A stretch of DNA of 64,000 nt from Lepidodermella squamata. Lineage: Eukaryota; Animalia; Gastrotricha. Positions 46,092 to 57,343 of the stretch are shown in pieces (positions within the stretch are counted from its first letter, which is position 1; each line of letters begins with the position of its first letter). Location of the stretch: assembly GCA_047495785.1 (NCBI GenBank), contig JBLDXI010000023.1, forward strand, positions 372,001 through 436,000, written 5' to 3'. The notes under the pieces were generated by a model. It worked only from the letters and a program-made list of their open reading frames with translations, was not told where the DNA came from and searched no databases. Made by a program: the position numbers and the translations under genes.

Positions 46092-49000
46092 ATGAGTGAT
46101 CTGATGAAATTCCTATACATACTACTTTTCGGGATTTTCATGGTTTCAGTACTTGACGCCAGAAAGATCAACTATGAAAGCGTAATACCTTTCGATCTTT
46201 CCATCTATTCCCACAGTCAAGTCTTCATTTGTTCAGGCTTTTAGCAGAGCGATTGCAACAGGCCAAATTGCGACCGTTCGACTTTTGTTGAATTCGGGCC
46301 TGGTAAACGCAAATATCTCGACCAATATAACAGATTCTCCTTGGTATCGCGAAGAGGTTATCTTGACTGCTGTTCGAAAAAATCAAAGCTACGAAATGGT
46401 TGACTTGCTACTTGAGAACGGTGCAAATGTTGAGGCGAGAAGCGAGTTAACCGATAAACTTCTGTATCAAACTCCATTTCTCTGGGCTGCAAGATTTGGA
46501 AGGCTGGATCTAGCGAGACTCCTCGTCGAAAAGTACAAAGCTAAAACTGATGTTCGAGACTATAAAGATCAAACTGCGTTAATGGTTGCCTTTGACTGGC
46601 GAGTTACTACAGACTATCTTCGATTAGCTTACTACTTGTTACCATTCGAATCGCCTAATTCCAGAAACATAGAAGGACAAACTGCTCTTCATATACTTTG
46701 CCGAGTCACAACTACCGATCCGGTACCATTTGCTAAATTGCTGGTGGAACAGTTCAAAATGGATGTAAATGCGAGAGATTACCGTGGCAACACACCGTTG
46801 CTGTACGCGGCTATAAGTGGCTATTCCATCGCTCTACTCCAGTACTTGATTGACCAAGGAGCTGATCCACAGGCAAGGAATAACGACGGCGATAACATGT
46901 TGCTGAAAGCTTGTCAAATCGATAAGCCCGCGTTGACCCATTTAGACTTCATCAAATTTGCGATTGAAGTAGGCGGCAATGACGTTAATTCGAGGAGTAT
47001 TCTTGGGGGGTGCGACTATTTTCTTCAATGGGGAATCGGTGGGGTGCAGATTGACGACTCGGACCTCATCGAAATCCTACAGTACTTGGCTAGTTTGGGC
47101 TACGATTTCGACGGACAGTATGATTCGGCCATGATTGCCTTAACTTCGGCAGCAATGGCTAATCGAAGGAATATTTTGATGGCCCTTATGGATTTGGGTG
47201 CTGATGTAAATGCAACGAATGGCCTTGGCCTGACTGCTTTGGATTATGCACAGAATAATGGAGATATAAATAACGTGGCGAATTTAAGAAGACGGGGCGC
47301 TGCCTTTGGCATGGAAGTGGTCAAATCACAGACCAAGCGCATGACCAGGAGCTCATCGATTCCAGCGACAATGTCGACTAAGACGATGACAAGTAGTCCA
47401 ACAAACATTTTCCCATTAACGCCTAGCGACGCGGCGATCGATCCGAGTTTGCAGGCGATCGTTGGTGGGGCTATGTTCAAGACAAGAGCAACTGCAGTGA
47501 CCAAGGCAAGTACTACAACGAAACCAGCCAGGAAAATTGAACGAAACGAAACTCAAGATGAGCTGAACTCGGTGGGTTGCCGTTTCTTTAATGCAATACG
47601 CTTAACTTAGTTCGAGAATGCTCGAGACTTTGAGACGTTGAATGGTCGAGTGGTTGTAATGCGTCATCAGACCTTGTGTGATCTGATGAGCGACGGTTAG
47701 ATTCCTCGTAGAGTAGCATTTTTGCGCCGCTTTTAATTTTTTAATTTTTTTTGTTAATTTTCCATTTTAATTTTTGGTCGTCGCTAGCTGCACCCGCGCG
47801 CTGGGTGCACAGAATTTGCTCGCTACACCCGAGGGTGCAGGATTATAGCTAGTTACACCCGGAAGGTGCGCGAAAATAGCTGCGTGCACCCGCATCTGGG
47901 TGCGACCATTTTGCTACGTACACCCAATACATTTGATTGGACGGTAATGAAATCACGGGTGCAGAGAGAAAAACCGCTACACCCACTTGACCGCGCGCGG
48001 CGGCTAGAGAGCCATTCATTGCGCGCCAAGGAGTTAATAATCTGTCCGGTGCCGCTGATCAATGCCATCAGTTCTAGAGTCGAGGCCTTGAAGATAGGGC
48101 TGAAAGCGCAGGCCGATTTCCAGTGTGCAAACCGAAAGCAACATCAATAGGATTAAGACGGTCGCGAGTTGGGCGCTATACCACCGCCGCTACCTTTCGC
48201 TCGCGTTCATTAACACCACTAATCAATATTCTCGAGCCGGTCTTCAATAACCTATTACCGCCCGGCTTCCTGCCTTGAACTCGTGCACCCATTGCTTGAT
48301 TTTCACCTGGAGATCAGTGTTTCCCTCGTGACCCGCAGAATGCACCATGATGGCTATGCACCCGCTGCGCCACAGTCGGAGCGGCTGCTTGTTTCCAACT
48401 GGGGTGACTGTAGGCAGTGGGGTCACTTTGACACTTGGAGGAATAGTAATTCCTAATTCCTATTCCCTATTCCCTATTCCCTCAATTCCTATACTCTTTA
48501 TTCCTATTCCTACAATTCCTATTTTCTATTCCTGTAGGCTTTGACATGCCAAAATAGGGTGACCTTGGCATGCCAAAAATCGAATATGGTAAGGTAAAGA
48601 CCTCGCGAAAGGAGTACCGTGTTGGATCGCCTGGAGAATGGGCAATATAATAATGACATATGATTTCATATTCAATTAGTCGGTTTCGGTTTAGCCGTCA
48701 CCGAAGTTTCAATTAATATTAATATACCGTATTTTTTCGAATAAGGGCCGCGGCGACTATTTTCCTGATTTTTTGAAAAAGGCCTAAAAACGCGGCGATT
48801 ATTCGGGTGCGTGTGGTCTTTATTTCGCTAGGTTTTCCGGTAAAGCTACAATTTTGCGGCGTTTAATCGGGTGCGGCCCTTATTCGAAAAAATACGGTAG
48901 AAATTGAAAAAATGCCGCGACTTCACATATTATGTCCTCTCCTAAAATGGGTTGTTATGATGCGCATTGTGCACATCCAGGCTGGCCTTTCCTTGGGCTA

Positions 49001-51554
49001 TCCAACAGTACCCCACTCACTAGGTCTTCACCTTACCATATTCGATTTTTGGCATGCCAAAGTCACCCATTCTGGCAAGTCAAAGTGACCCTATTGTGCA
49101 AAGTGCGCTAATAAGTCACCCCAGGTACGTAATTTCGCTAGCTCGCATTTTACCTTGTTTAATTACTTCTGTACACCTTGCCGCACCGACAGCCGGCTTT
49201 TTCCTAATTCCTGATTGTTTGTATAGGGTGTAGCGAGTCAAATCGTCGCACCCACACTAACGCGCGGTATAGGGTGTAGCGAGCAAAATAGTTGCACCCT
49301 TAGGGTGTAGCTAGCAAATCGGATGCACCCGCGTGTGGGTGCAAATAGCACACTCGTTAATTTTTTTAAATTGGTTTCTCCGTTATTTTCGTAATTTTAC
49401 TGTTGAGTAAATTTTAAAACGTATCCCGAACAAAAACTGCCTGGGATACGTGGCAATAATTAAACATAATTAAAATGGAAAATTAACAAAGTCAAAAGCG
49501 ACTTCACATATTATGTCCTCTCCTAAAATGGGTTGTTATGATGCGCATTGTGCACATCCAGGCTGGCCTTTCCTTGGGCTATCCAACAGTACCCCACTCA
49601 CTAGGTCTTCACCTTACCATATTCGATTTTTGGCATGCCAAAGTCACCCATTCTGGCAAGTCAAAGTGACCCTATTGTGCAAAGTGCGCTAATAAGTCAC
49701 CCCAGGTACGTAATTTCGCTAGCTCGCATTTTACCTTGTTTAATTACTTCTGTACACCTTGCCGCACCGACAGCCGGCTTTTTCCTAATTCCTGATTGTT
49801 TGTATAGGGTGTAGCGAGTCAAATCGTCGCACCCACACTAACGCGCGGTATAGGGTGTAGCGAGCAAAATAGTTGCACCCTTAGGGTGTAGCTAGCAAAT
49901 CGGATGCACCCGCGTGTGGGTGCAAATAGCACACTCGTTAATTTTTTTAAATTGGTTTCTCCGTTATTTTCGTAATTTTACTGTTGAGTAAATTTTAAAA
50001 CGTATCCCGAACAAAAACTGCCTGGGATACGTGGCAATAATTAAACATAATTAAAAATGGAAAATTAACAAAGTCAAAAGCGACGCAAAAATGCTACTCT
50101 ATGCGGAATCAAACCGTTGCTCATCAGATCACACAAGTTTTGATGATGCATTACAACCACTCGACCATTCAACCCTCACAATCACTGATTAGTGAAACCC
50201 ATTATAAGGGCAAGGGTGGCCTATTCGGAGCTTCCTATAAAATCGGAATCAGGACCCTCTGAAACGTGTAAAAATGTGTGTAAAAAACAGGGGGGTCATT
50301 TTTTCCCCGTGGCCATGTTGCTCCAATTTACGGTTCAAACAAATCAATGAGGTCATTAGAAATATGTGTGGTTCAGAACAATTTACATTCAAAATTGCTA
50401 GGCGGCAACTTCGCTGGTACGGGCACGTCGCTCGCATGGACCCCGTAAGGCTGGCAAGCCAGATGCGGTACTGGCAGCCGCCGGATGATACTTGGAGTAG
50501 ACCTCGAGGGCGACCAAAATTAAGGTGGATTGATTGCATCAAAAAACATTTGAACAAAATAGGGATTAACAATTTTGAGGAGGCCGACGCCCTGGCCCAG
50601 GATAGAACTACTTGGAGACAAAAAATTCATAGTTATTTTGGTGAAATTGAAATATCAGAGTAAGGATGAGTTTTTGAGGTTGACGATCAGGATAGGTAGC
50701 TTGCTACCGGTCCTCCTCCGACACTCGGTTCGCTTGGCGTGAACAAAATTTACATCACGCCCGGCGAATTGGGTACACCGGAGTGCAGGACGCCATTTTT
50801 AGTCGCGGCTATGTACTTGAAATCGCCAGATCGCGTTCAAGTCTACGAATATCTGCTATCGAAAGGAGCGGATGCTACAGTTAAATTTAATTCAACCGCA
50901 TATAAATACAAAAATTATACGTTGCTCCACCATGCCGCACGTGTAAATGACTCCGTATTGGCAATATGTCTCATCGAAACTGCTGGCATCGGCCTTGAAG
51001 ACCGGGAATCGACTGGCAAAACTCCGTTGATGATTGCAGCTAGTTACAACGCGAGTAAGATTGTCGATCTACTCATCAGTTCGGGTGCAGATGTAAGGGC
51101 TGTTGATAAGGATGGCAACAACGCCTTTTTGCTGGCTTGTAAAAGCAGTAACGAGACTCTGACGCTGGCAAGACGGTTCGCGAACATCCCAGGTGTGGAC
51201 GTTACTTCGCAGAGTAACAACAACGACACGTGTCTCACCCTGATACCGAAAACGTATGCGTTCAACGGTTTTGCCAAGCTTCTTGTCCAGAAGGGTTACG
51301 ATGTCAATCGAAAACTGCGGAGAGGCGATACTGTGTTGCACAGCATCGCAGCTCAGGGGACCGCGAACAATACTCAAGAATTGATTGAAGCTGGATCTAA
51401 CATGAATGAGCTGAATGAAGATGGCTATACGCCACTTGATATGGCGCTGCTTTTCCAAAATTCGGCTGCTGCAAATGCGCTGAGAAAAGCCGGGGCTGAC
51501 ACAGCTAAGCCGGCTGGTTCCATCGCAGCAACCACCAGGAGAGCTGATGGATAA
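46092..51554 (+). CDS. Secreted ankyrin family, copy B: exons 1-2 intact, 5' half of exon 3 lost and replaced by TE debris (truncated gene or pseudogene)
   Basis: Exon 1 46092-46181 (MSDLMKFLYILLFGIFMVSVLDARKINYES), intron 46182-46236, exon 2 46237-47571 (reads through to a stop at 47610 if unspliced). Module-2 remnant ~50790-51554 lacks about 180 N-terminal codons relative to copy C. Confidence 0.8.
48399..49124. mobile_element. Nested inverted-repeat element with (TTCCTA)n-like tract
   Basis: Ends CTGGGGTGACT and AGTCACCCCAG; inner ~60-bp inverted repeat TTGGCATGCCAAAAATCGAATATGGTAAGGT; simple repeat at 48450-48535. Confidence 0.7.
48727..48897. mobile_element. MITE (CCGTA-ended, TA TSD)
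   Basis: Perfect 25-bp TIR CCGTATTTTTTCGAATAAGGGCCGC with TA flanks. Confidence 0.9.
48917..50084. repeat. Near-perfect tandem duplication (581/582-bp unit)
   Basis: Units start at 48917 and 49498 and appear to differ only by one A in a homopolymer; GCGAC occurs at all three boundaries. Confidence 0.95.
50340..50663 (+). mobile_element. RTE-clade LINE 3' fragment
   Basis: RRQLRWYGHVARM...RPRGRPKLRWID...AQDRTTWR, the RTE C-terminal signature. Confidence 0.85.
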
Positions 51555-52075
51555 GATTATTATCCGGATAATTAAGACCAATACTACGTTTTCCGATATG
51601 GATTAGATGCCGAATATCGAATATCTAATAAATCTACACTATCATTCGTTATGTACTAATATTTCTCGTGAAAACAACACTCTTTTCCGTAAAAACCTTA
51701 CAACTGACAAAAAATACGAATATATCTGGACTATTAATTGTATCATATCCTCGTGTAAAACAGTTAACGACTTGTTATCTCTGGGGCAGTTGATCGTACG
51801 TTCTTTACAATAACGTATGTTATCCTAATTATAATTTATTTACTATAATTTTTACTAAGGTAGCCGAAATTATTATAACGTGGGGCTAATTTTCAGATGA
51901 GTTAGTTAAAGTTAATTTAAATTTAAATTTATCGATGTCTGCAATTTATCAGTAATAGGCAATTGCGCAAATTGCTATGTAAATTACGTCACAATCACAA
52001 GATGGGACGTCATTGTTCCAATGTTTTGAATTTGAAGCTCGAAATTGCTGATTTCTTCATCATCAGCCAGTCGAA

Positions 52076-53208
52076 ATGCCTGTTTTCAATCAGGAACGCG
52101 TCATCCGTGACCGTTCCAATCCTTTCACGGCTTTCAGCGAAAATCAGTTTTTTCTACGCTATCGTTTTACAAAGAAGTCAGTTAAGAAGATTCACAGGCT
52201 CATTAAACGGGATTTGGTACGTCGCCGGACTAACCGGGATAAATCAATTTCGACAATGCTTCAGGTACTGATCACACTGCGATTTTTCGCTACTGGTGGT
52301 TTCCAACGTGTGATAGGTATGATATCCCTATTCGGCGAAATTTTAATTGTCTCTGATGAATAGGAGATATTCACGGTGTTGATCATACTAGTGTCTGCAA
52401 AATTGTTCATCTTGTGGCTGAGGCACTTGCCAGGAAGCTGGACAAATTCGTAGTTATGCCTCGAAACAATCAAGAAGTGCGTGAAATAGCTGCGAGTTTC
52501 TACGAATATGGTGGCTTCCCGAATTGTCTGGGCGCAGTTGATTGCTCCTTGATCAAAATTCAAAAACAGTCGCATCTCCCTGACCCCGATGTTTTTTGGT
52601 GTAGAAAAAGTATTTCTTTAATTACTGAAATCGAAATGTTTCTAGGCATTTTTGTTTCAGAATATTACGCTCTCAATGTCCAAGTAGTCTGCGATTTCGA
52701 GGGCCGGATTAGGGACATAGTTGCCCGTTGGCCGGGCAGTGTTCATGACTCGACGATTTACAAGTCTTCGCAGGTGAAAAAGAAACTGCAATGTGCGCCA
52801 CGCTTCAATGGATACCACCTTATAGCCGACAAGGGTTATCAAGTCGCTCCCGAGCTGCTGACCCCTCTCAGAAATCCTACAACTGACGCAGAGTTGGACT
52901 ACAACCGATCGCTAAGTCGTTGTCGTGCTGTTATTGAACGTCTTTTCGGCATTTTGAAGAGCCGTTTTCGCTGTCTACAAAGCGTAGACAATCGCCTCAG
53001 ATTTCGAGCCGATCGCTGTGCTAATGTCATCCTCGCATGCGCTGTCTTACACAACATTGCAATCAATCTGCGCGAACCGCCGATCCTTGGCGATAATGAA
53101 ATGGAAGATGAAGTTGAGGCGCCGGAAGCTCATGATCAAGGCGAATACCTGGCTATGACACTGGGAGAACGAATTCGCCGCAGTATTATTGATCGATACT
53201 TCACGTGA
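52076..53208 (+). CDS. PIF/Harbinger DDE transposase (HARBI1-like), 3 exons, 344 aa
   Basis: Exons 52076-52316, 52364-52609 and 52661-53208. Motifs LRFFATG, GFPNCLGAVDCS (D), RKKYYALNVQ, WPGSVHDS, LIADKGY (D), VIERLFGILKSRFRCL (E), ACAVLHN. Confidence 0.93.
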
Positions 53209-53390
53209 CTATTAATGCTTTTTTGGATCGAAAATAAGCTTGCAAGAATTGATAATGGTTTATTTCAAATTCGGCTTGCCTAGCTACTAAAACTGGTCGA
53301 TCTTCTAGTTTTATCACATCTAATGTATCATGAAAAAGTGAAAAATAAGAAAGTCATTGTTCGTTGAATGTCAATCTGATTCATTCATGT

Positions 53391-54219
53391 TCAATCGTAC
53401 TTTTCGAACGGGTTCTGTTCGGAAGAGTTGAGTGAAGAAGCAAGCAGGGTGGAGGTTGATCCAGTCGCCTTCTTGTGCTTGAGCTCCTCCAGTTGTTCTC
53501 GAAGAATCGCATTTTCGAGTTCAGCTTTTTCGACGGCGAGCGACTGGAGCTTAGCTTTCTTCTCAGCAACAGTTTCGCGGCGACTCTTAGCCGATGAGGC
53601 ATGGCCGCTGGTGCCGGCAACATCGGACCCATTGTCGTCGTCATCGCCATCGGGATCTGAACCGTCGAATTCGTCAGCATCTTCCTCCGAGAGGTCGAAC
53701 TCGCCGCCATCATCTTCTTCATCGCTCAGTTCCAGGGCATCGGAATCGCGAATACCTGTGACAAGAATATTTAAAAAAGAATGCTTATATTATCAGCACT
53801 TAACCTCGCAGGCCTCGTAGTCCAGTCGGTGAAATGCGCTTGACATCGTTCAGAATTAGATATTCGTAGGTTTCGTAAGGGTGCGGCAAGGCATCATCCA
53901 ACGATTCCTCGCGGATCTTCTCGCGAATCTTGACCACGATTCGACTCCACAAGTTTTTTAGCTCATCCAGAGTGTGCAGCGGCTGGCGGTTGCCGCGCTT
54001 CTTCGCATATTCGCGCGCAATTGTCTTCCAAGCACTTTGCTTTGCCAATGCCGTCTCGTTAGATGAGTTTTTGTCTTCAAGAGTATCGAAGTGTTTCTTC
54101 GCCAGGCTTACCAGCCGCTCCTTGTCGGCCAAGGAGAAACTCGCCCGGGGTTTTCGAGCGCGCTTTGCTGTTCGGCGACGCCCGGCGGCTTTTCGGGCCA
54201 AAGCCAATGTTCTCGCCAT
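53391..54219 (-). CDS. Harbinger Myb/SANT-like DNA-binding protein, 2 exons, 259 aa
   Basis: Exons 54219-53805 and 53755-53391 (49-nt intron). FSLADKERLVSL...KQSAWKTIAREY...ELKNLW (Myb/SANT-like), acidic middle region, coiled-coil C-terminus. Confidence 0.88.
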
Positions 54220-54927
54220 TGATTGAAAATCGGATAGCAATAAAAATGATGATGATGAAGTGGATGAAAATCAATTCACGGCGTAGGTATATATACCCTT
54301 CTTCTCGGTACTAAAAACGTGTTACGCCATGGGGTATCGACTCAACAATCAGTCGTAACATATAATTTGTGCAATAATATATAGCTTTTTCGTAATAAGG
54401 GTGTGCAAATTATGCAGCAAAAATTACGATAAATGGTGTTTTTTATCATATTTCTGTGGGAACTTATGATAAATATTTGGCGGTGCAAGATAATTAAAAA
54501 ATGAGGAGATAACAGTAAATGACCTTCGATCAACTGCCCCTCTGTCTTTCCGACACCACCTGAAAAACTACACATACACTAAATCGACAAGCTCGGACTA
54601 ACTACTGTATAGCTAATGACATGGCACGATGCTATTCTCAATTACTATGTTAAAATAAGCTGAATAAGGAAATAATTTGTGTACACCCTACTCTCTTACT
54701 GTATTGTCCAAAAACTAAAACAAGTGATGACTTCATCCTAATTTTTTCTCTTGGATGCGCCCTAAGCCCACCCGTCGCCGGTGCTAATATATATTGCGTG
54801 TTGATAGGGTGTGTTGATAGCGGGGGTGCAGTTATCGAGGGAGCACTGTATTTCGAAATAAAACATTTACACACTATCATTCGTTCTTTCACCAGTTTTT
54901 TTACATTGAATCATTATAAATGTAGGA

Positions 54928-55048
54928 AATACGGCTGTTAACTGTGATATACACGAGCTACAGCGAGTTTATAAGGTCGCCAGCTTTGTTTGCTGGCGAC
55001 CTTATGAATGAGCTATCGCTCGTTTTTATTACACTTAACAGCCGTATT
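54928..55048. repeat. Palindromic (foldback) element
   Basis: AATACGGCTGTTAA...ATAAGGTCGCCAGC-loop-GCTGGCGACCTTAT...TTAACAGCCGTATT. Confidence 0.8.
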
Positions 55049-55478
55049 AGCTATTTATGCGTTGCACTCGGTCTTTTCTTCTGAAAAAATTAAATGAAAA
55101 TGAAAGTGATTTTAACATTTAGCAGTTTAATCATCGGATGTGATCATAAATTAATAGTGGAAATGAATCGTTTCGAATCCCGTATATCAGGGGAATTCTG
55201 AAGAAATTAACAACAGAGCCATTTACAGCACTATGAAAATGCTGCGATTGGCGATACCAAATTTTTACGAGACGGGAACAACGCTTTTCTTGGCGGAAAA
55301 CTTATGAATTTGATGTGTTGAAACAAATCCCATCATTGGTAATAGGTAATCTACATTCTAAATAATAATAGTAATTGTAGCAGTTAGAAAACATAGCAAA
55401 GAGCAGCTGGGACAGTTTAATTTAGTTTACAGGAAAAACACTCTTAAACCACTATAGCAGTGTGTGTATTATGGCTGT

Positions 55479-55540
55479 GGCCGTGGTCTTGTTGGTTAGA
55501 TCGCAGCTGTCCAACGCAAGGACGCGGGTTCAACTCTCAG
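55479..55540 (+). repeat. tRNA-derived (SINE-like) head
   Basis: GTGGTCTTGTTGGTTAG (A box-like) and GGGTTCAACTCT (B box-like); the acceptor stem does not close. Confidence 0.5.
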
Positions 55541-55989
55541 TAAGAACTTTCATTTAATGATTTCCGGTGGTACAAAAATTATCGATACAATAACAATGTT
55601 ATTGTACCGGCCAAAATACAAATAACAGACGTTTAAGGTGGATTTTTTTAATTTTATTTGTCAAATTGCCTAACTCGACCACTCGCCCCCTGACTGAACT
55701 AGCTAAAAGAACACGCATTTTTCTTATTTCTTAACTAGTTTTGTTATAATAAATAAGGAAGATCCCGGTTTTTTTGCTCTAAGAGATGCAAATCATTATC
55801 GCAGTATCATTACTTTATTGAAATTTTCAAAATTTTCAAAACGTATGGCATCGTGGCAAAGGTCCGTAGGAGGGCGGAACTGAAAGAGGGTGATGAAGTC
55901 GTCCCTATTTCCGTTCGACTCAGCTACTAGCTTGTATTGTTGATTGCTCGCGTTGGCTCCAAAGGCTGCTCCATCTCCGAACTATAAGA

Positions 55990-56420
55990 GAGCATGGGCG
56001 AGGCTGCTCCTCCAGCTTCAAGATTCGGTAATTGAAAAGAGCATTCATTTACGCATCGCCCTTTCTGGTATTACTTCATTGGGCATCAACTAGTCCACCA
56101 GGTACATTTCCGCACGCAGTGGCCAGAGAGAATCTTCTTAATCCCGGCTTTCGACACTGTGTTCTTCACCAAAGCGTCGATGGAATGCTCGCCCAATCCT
56201 CTTGTAGAGCGCTCTTTTGATCCTATTCGCAGTTCGGAATTGAACTTCTTCCAAAAAAACCGATTGTTAGGCGCGGACAGCGTTGTAGTCCAGCAGCAAG
56301 ACCAGCAAAAAGACACAATCGACTGCCTGGAACAGCGTACGCTCTTGGTCCGCTTCTTCTTCTTCTTCTTCAGCTTCGAAGCCACGGGTTCCAATGAGGC
56401 GGGGCGTCCAATATAAGCAA
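55990..56420 (-). mobile_element. Possible Crypton-like tyrosine recombinase remnant
   Basis: GLGEHSIDALVKNTVSKAGIKKILSGHCVRK resembles the ..AG....S/T.HS.R box; a downstream frameshifted ALFNYRILKLEEQ resembles the catalytic Tyr box. Lies between 13-bp inverted repeats CGGTGGTACAAAA (55565 and 56588-56600). Confidence 0.45.
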
Positions 56421-56634
56421 TTTTCCGTGAAAGCAACCGCAAAAATGATGCGTGAATTAAATCGCGGTATCGAAAAATGAATAAATAGCAATGATTTTTG
56501 CAAAACGTTAGTGAAAATATTAGGATGGATTTTTTTAATTTTAGAAATTCACCCTTGCTGTCTAGCTATCCTACCCGGTCCGGCTCGTTTTGTACCACCG
56601 AACGATAAAATGACTAGTTATTTTCACTCAAAAG

Positions 56635-56949
56635 CGAGCGAAGCGAGAAAATTTTGAAGATTTTCCACTGAAACACGCTCCAAAACCTCTCAAAATTAAC
56701 GAAACAATGGGATAAATTCTTGTTTTGTTGTCTGGACCGGCCTAGCTGGGGGGATGATCCCCCCATCCCCCCTGAAAGTCGCACACTGTTTCGGCAAAAC
56801 ACCGAGCGAAGCAAGAAAATTCTGAAGATTTTCCACTTCATGCTCCAGAAAATTAACAAAAGGGTTGGATAAATTCTGTTTTCGTCTTCTGGCCCGGCCG
56901 AGCTGAAGGGAATGATCCTCCCATCCCCCTGTAAGTCGCACACTGTTTG
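56635..56949. repeat. Two diverged tandem copies of a ~168-bp unit
   Basis: CGAGCGAAGC.AGAAAATT.TGAAGATTTTCCACT...AAGTCGCACACTGTTT at 56635 and 56803. Confidence 0.8.
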
Positions 56950-57343
56950 AGAGTAAAATCACAAGTCATGTTAAGAAAGTTGAGAAATGCGGACAACTTT
57001 TCCAACCCCTAAGTTCCGTGATCGCACCAAGATCATTAAACATGAATAATTGTTGAGAAATGTTGTCGCCCTCCCTCCATGGTATGACGTAAACGTTGCA
57101 TTACACGTTATTTTTTGCCTTCGTCTGGCACTTGACTTGCTTATCATTGAAGCAATTTGTATGAGATGGCGTTAACGTGAGTTAACGGAACAACATTCCT
57201 CAAGCTGAAAAAATTCACATTTATGCCTAATAGCAATGTTGTGCTTTCATAGCTTAAAAAACTTACTGCCAGTATTTTTTCAAGTGAGTTTATTGTTTCA
57301 TCAATTGCAAACCTCTCTTTCATCGAAGTAGTTTTGAAGCGCG

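Larger units (their letters stand above)
47637..50173. mobile_element. Composite nested repeat island bounded by ~135-bp inverted arms that begin with a tRNA-like head
   Basis: GTTGAATGGTCGAGTGGTTGTAATGC...GGTTAGATTCC...GAGTAGCATTTTTGCG at 47637 and its reverse complement ending at 50173; arrays of CACCC..GGGTG hairpins inside. Confidence 0.75.
51783..54540. mobile_element. Complete PIF/Harbinger transposon (2758 bp), potentially autonomous
   Basis: Perfect 14-bp TIR GGGGCAGTTGATCG at 51783 and 54527-54540; 3-bp direct flanks TCT; convergent transposase and Myb/SANT genes inside. Confidence 0.92.

Noticed and set aside
47780-47930. CACCC/GGGTG hairpin array as a CRISPR-like or attC-like array
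   Set aside because: The units are irregular, lack unique equal-length spacers and sit inside a nested TE; they are better explained as subterminal repeats.
48450-48535. Interstitial telomeric repeat
   Set aside because: A degenerate TTCCTA/TTCCCTA tract inside a TE; it does not match a clean TTAGGG or TTAGG array.
52076-53208. Domesticated HARBI1 host gene
   Set aside because: It is enclosed with a Myb/SANT partner by TIRs and a TSD, so it is a transposon.
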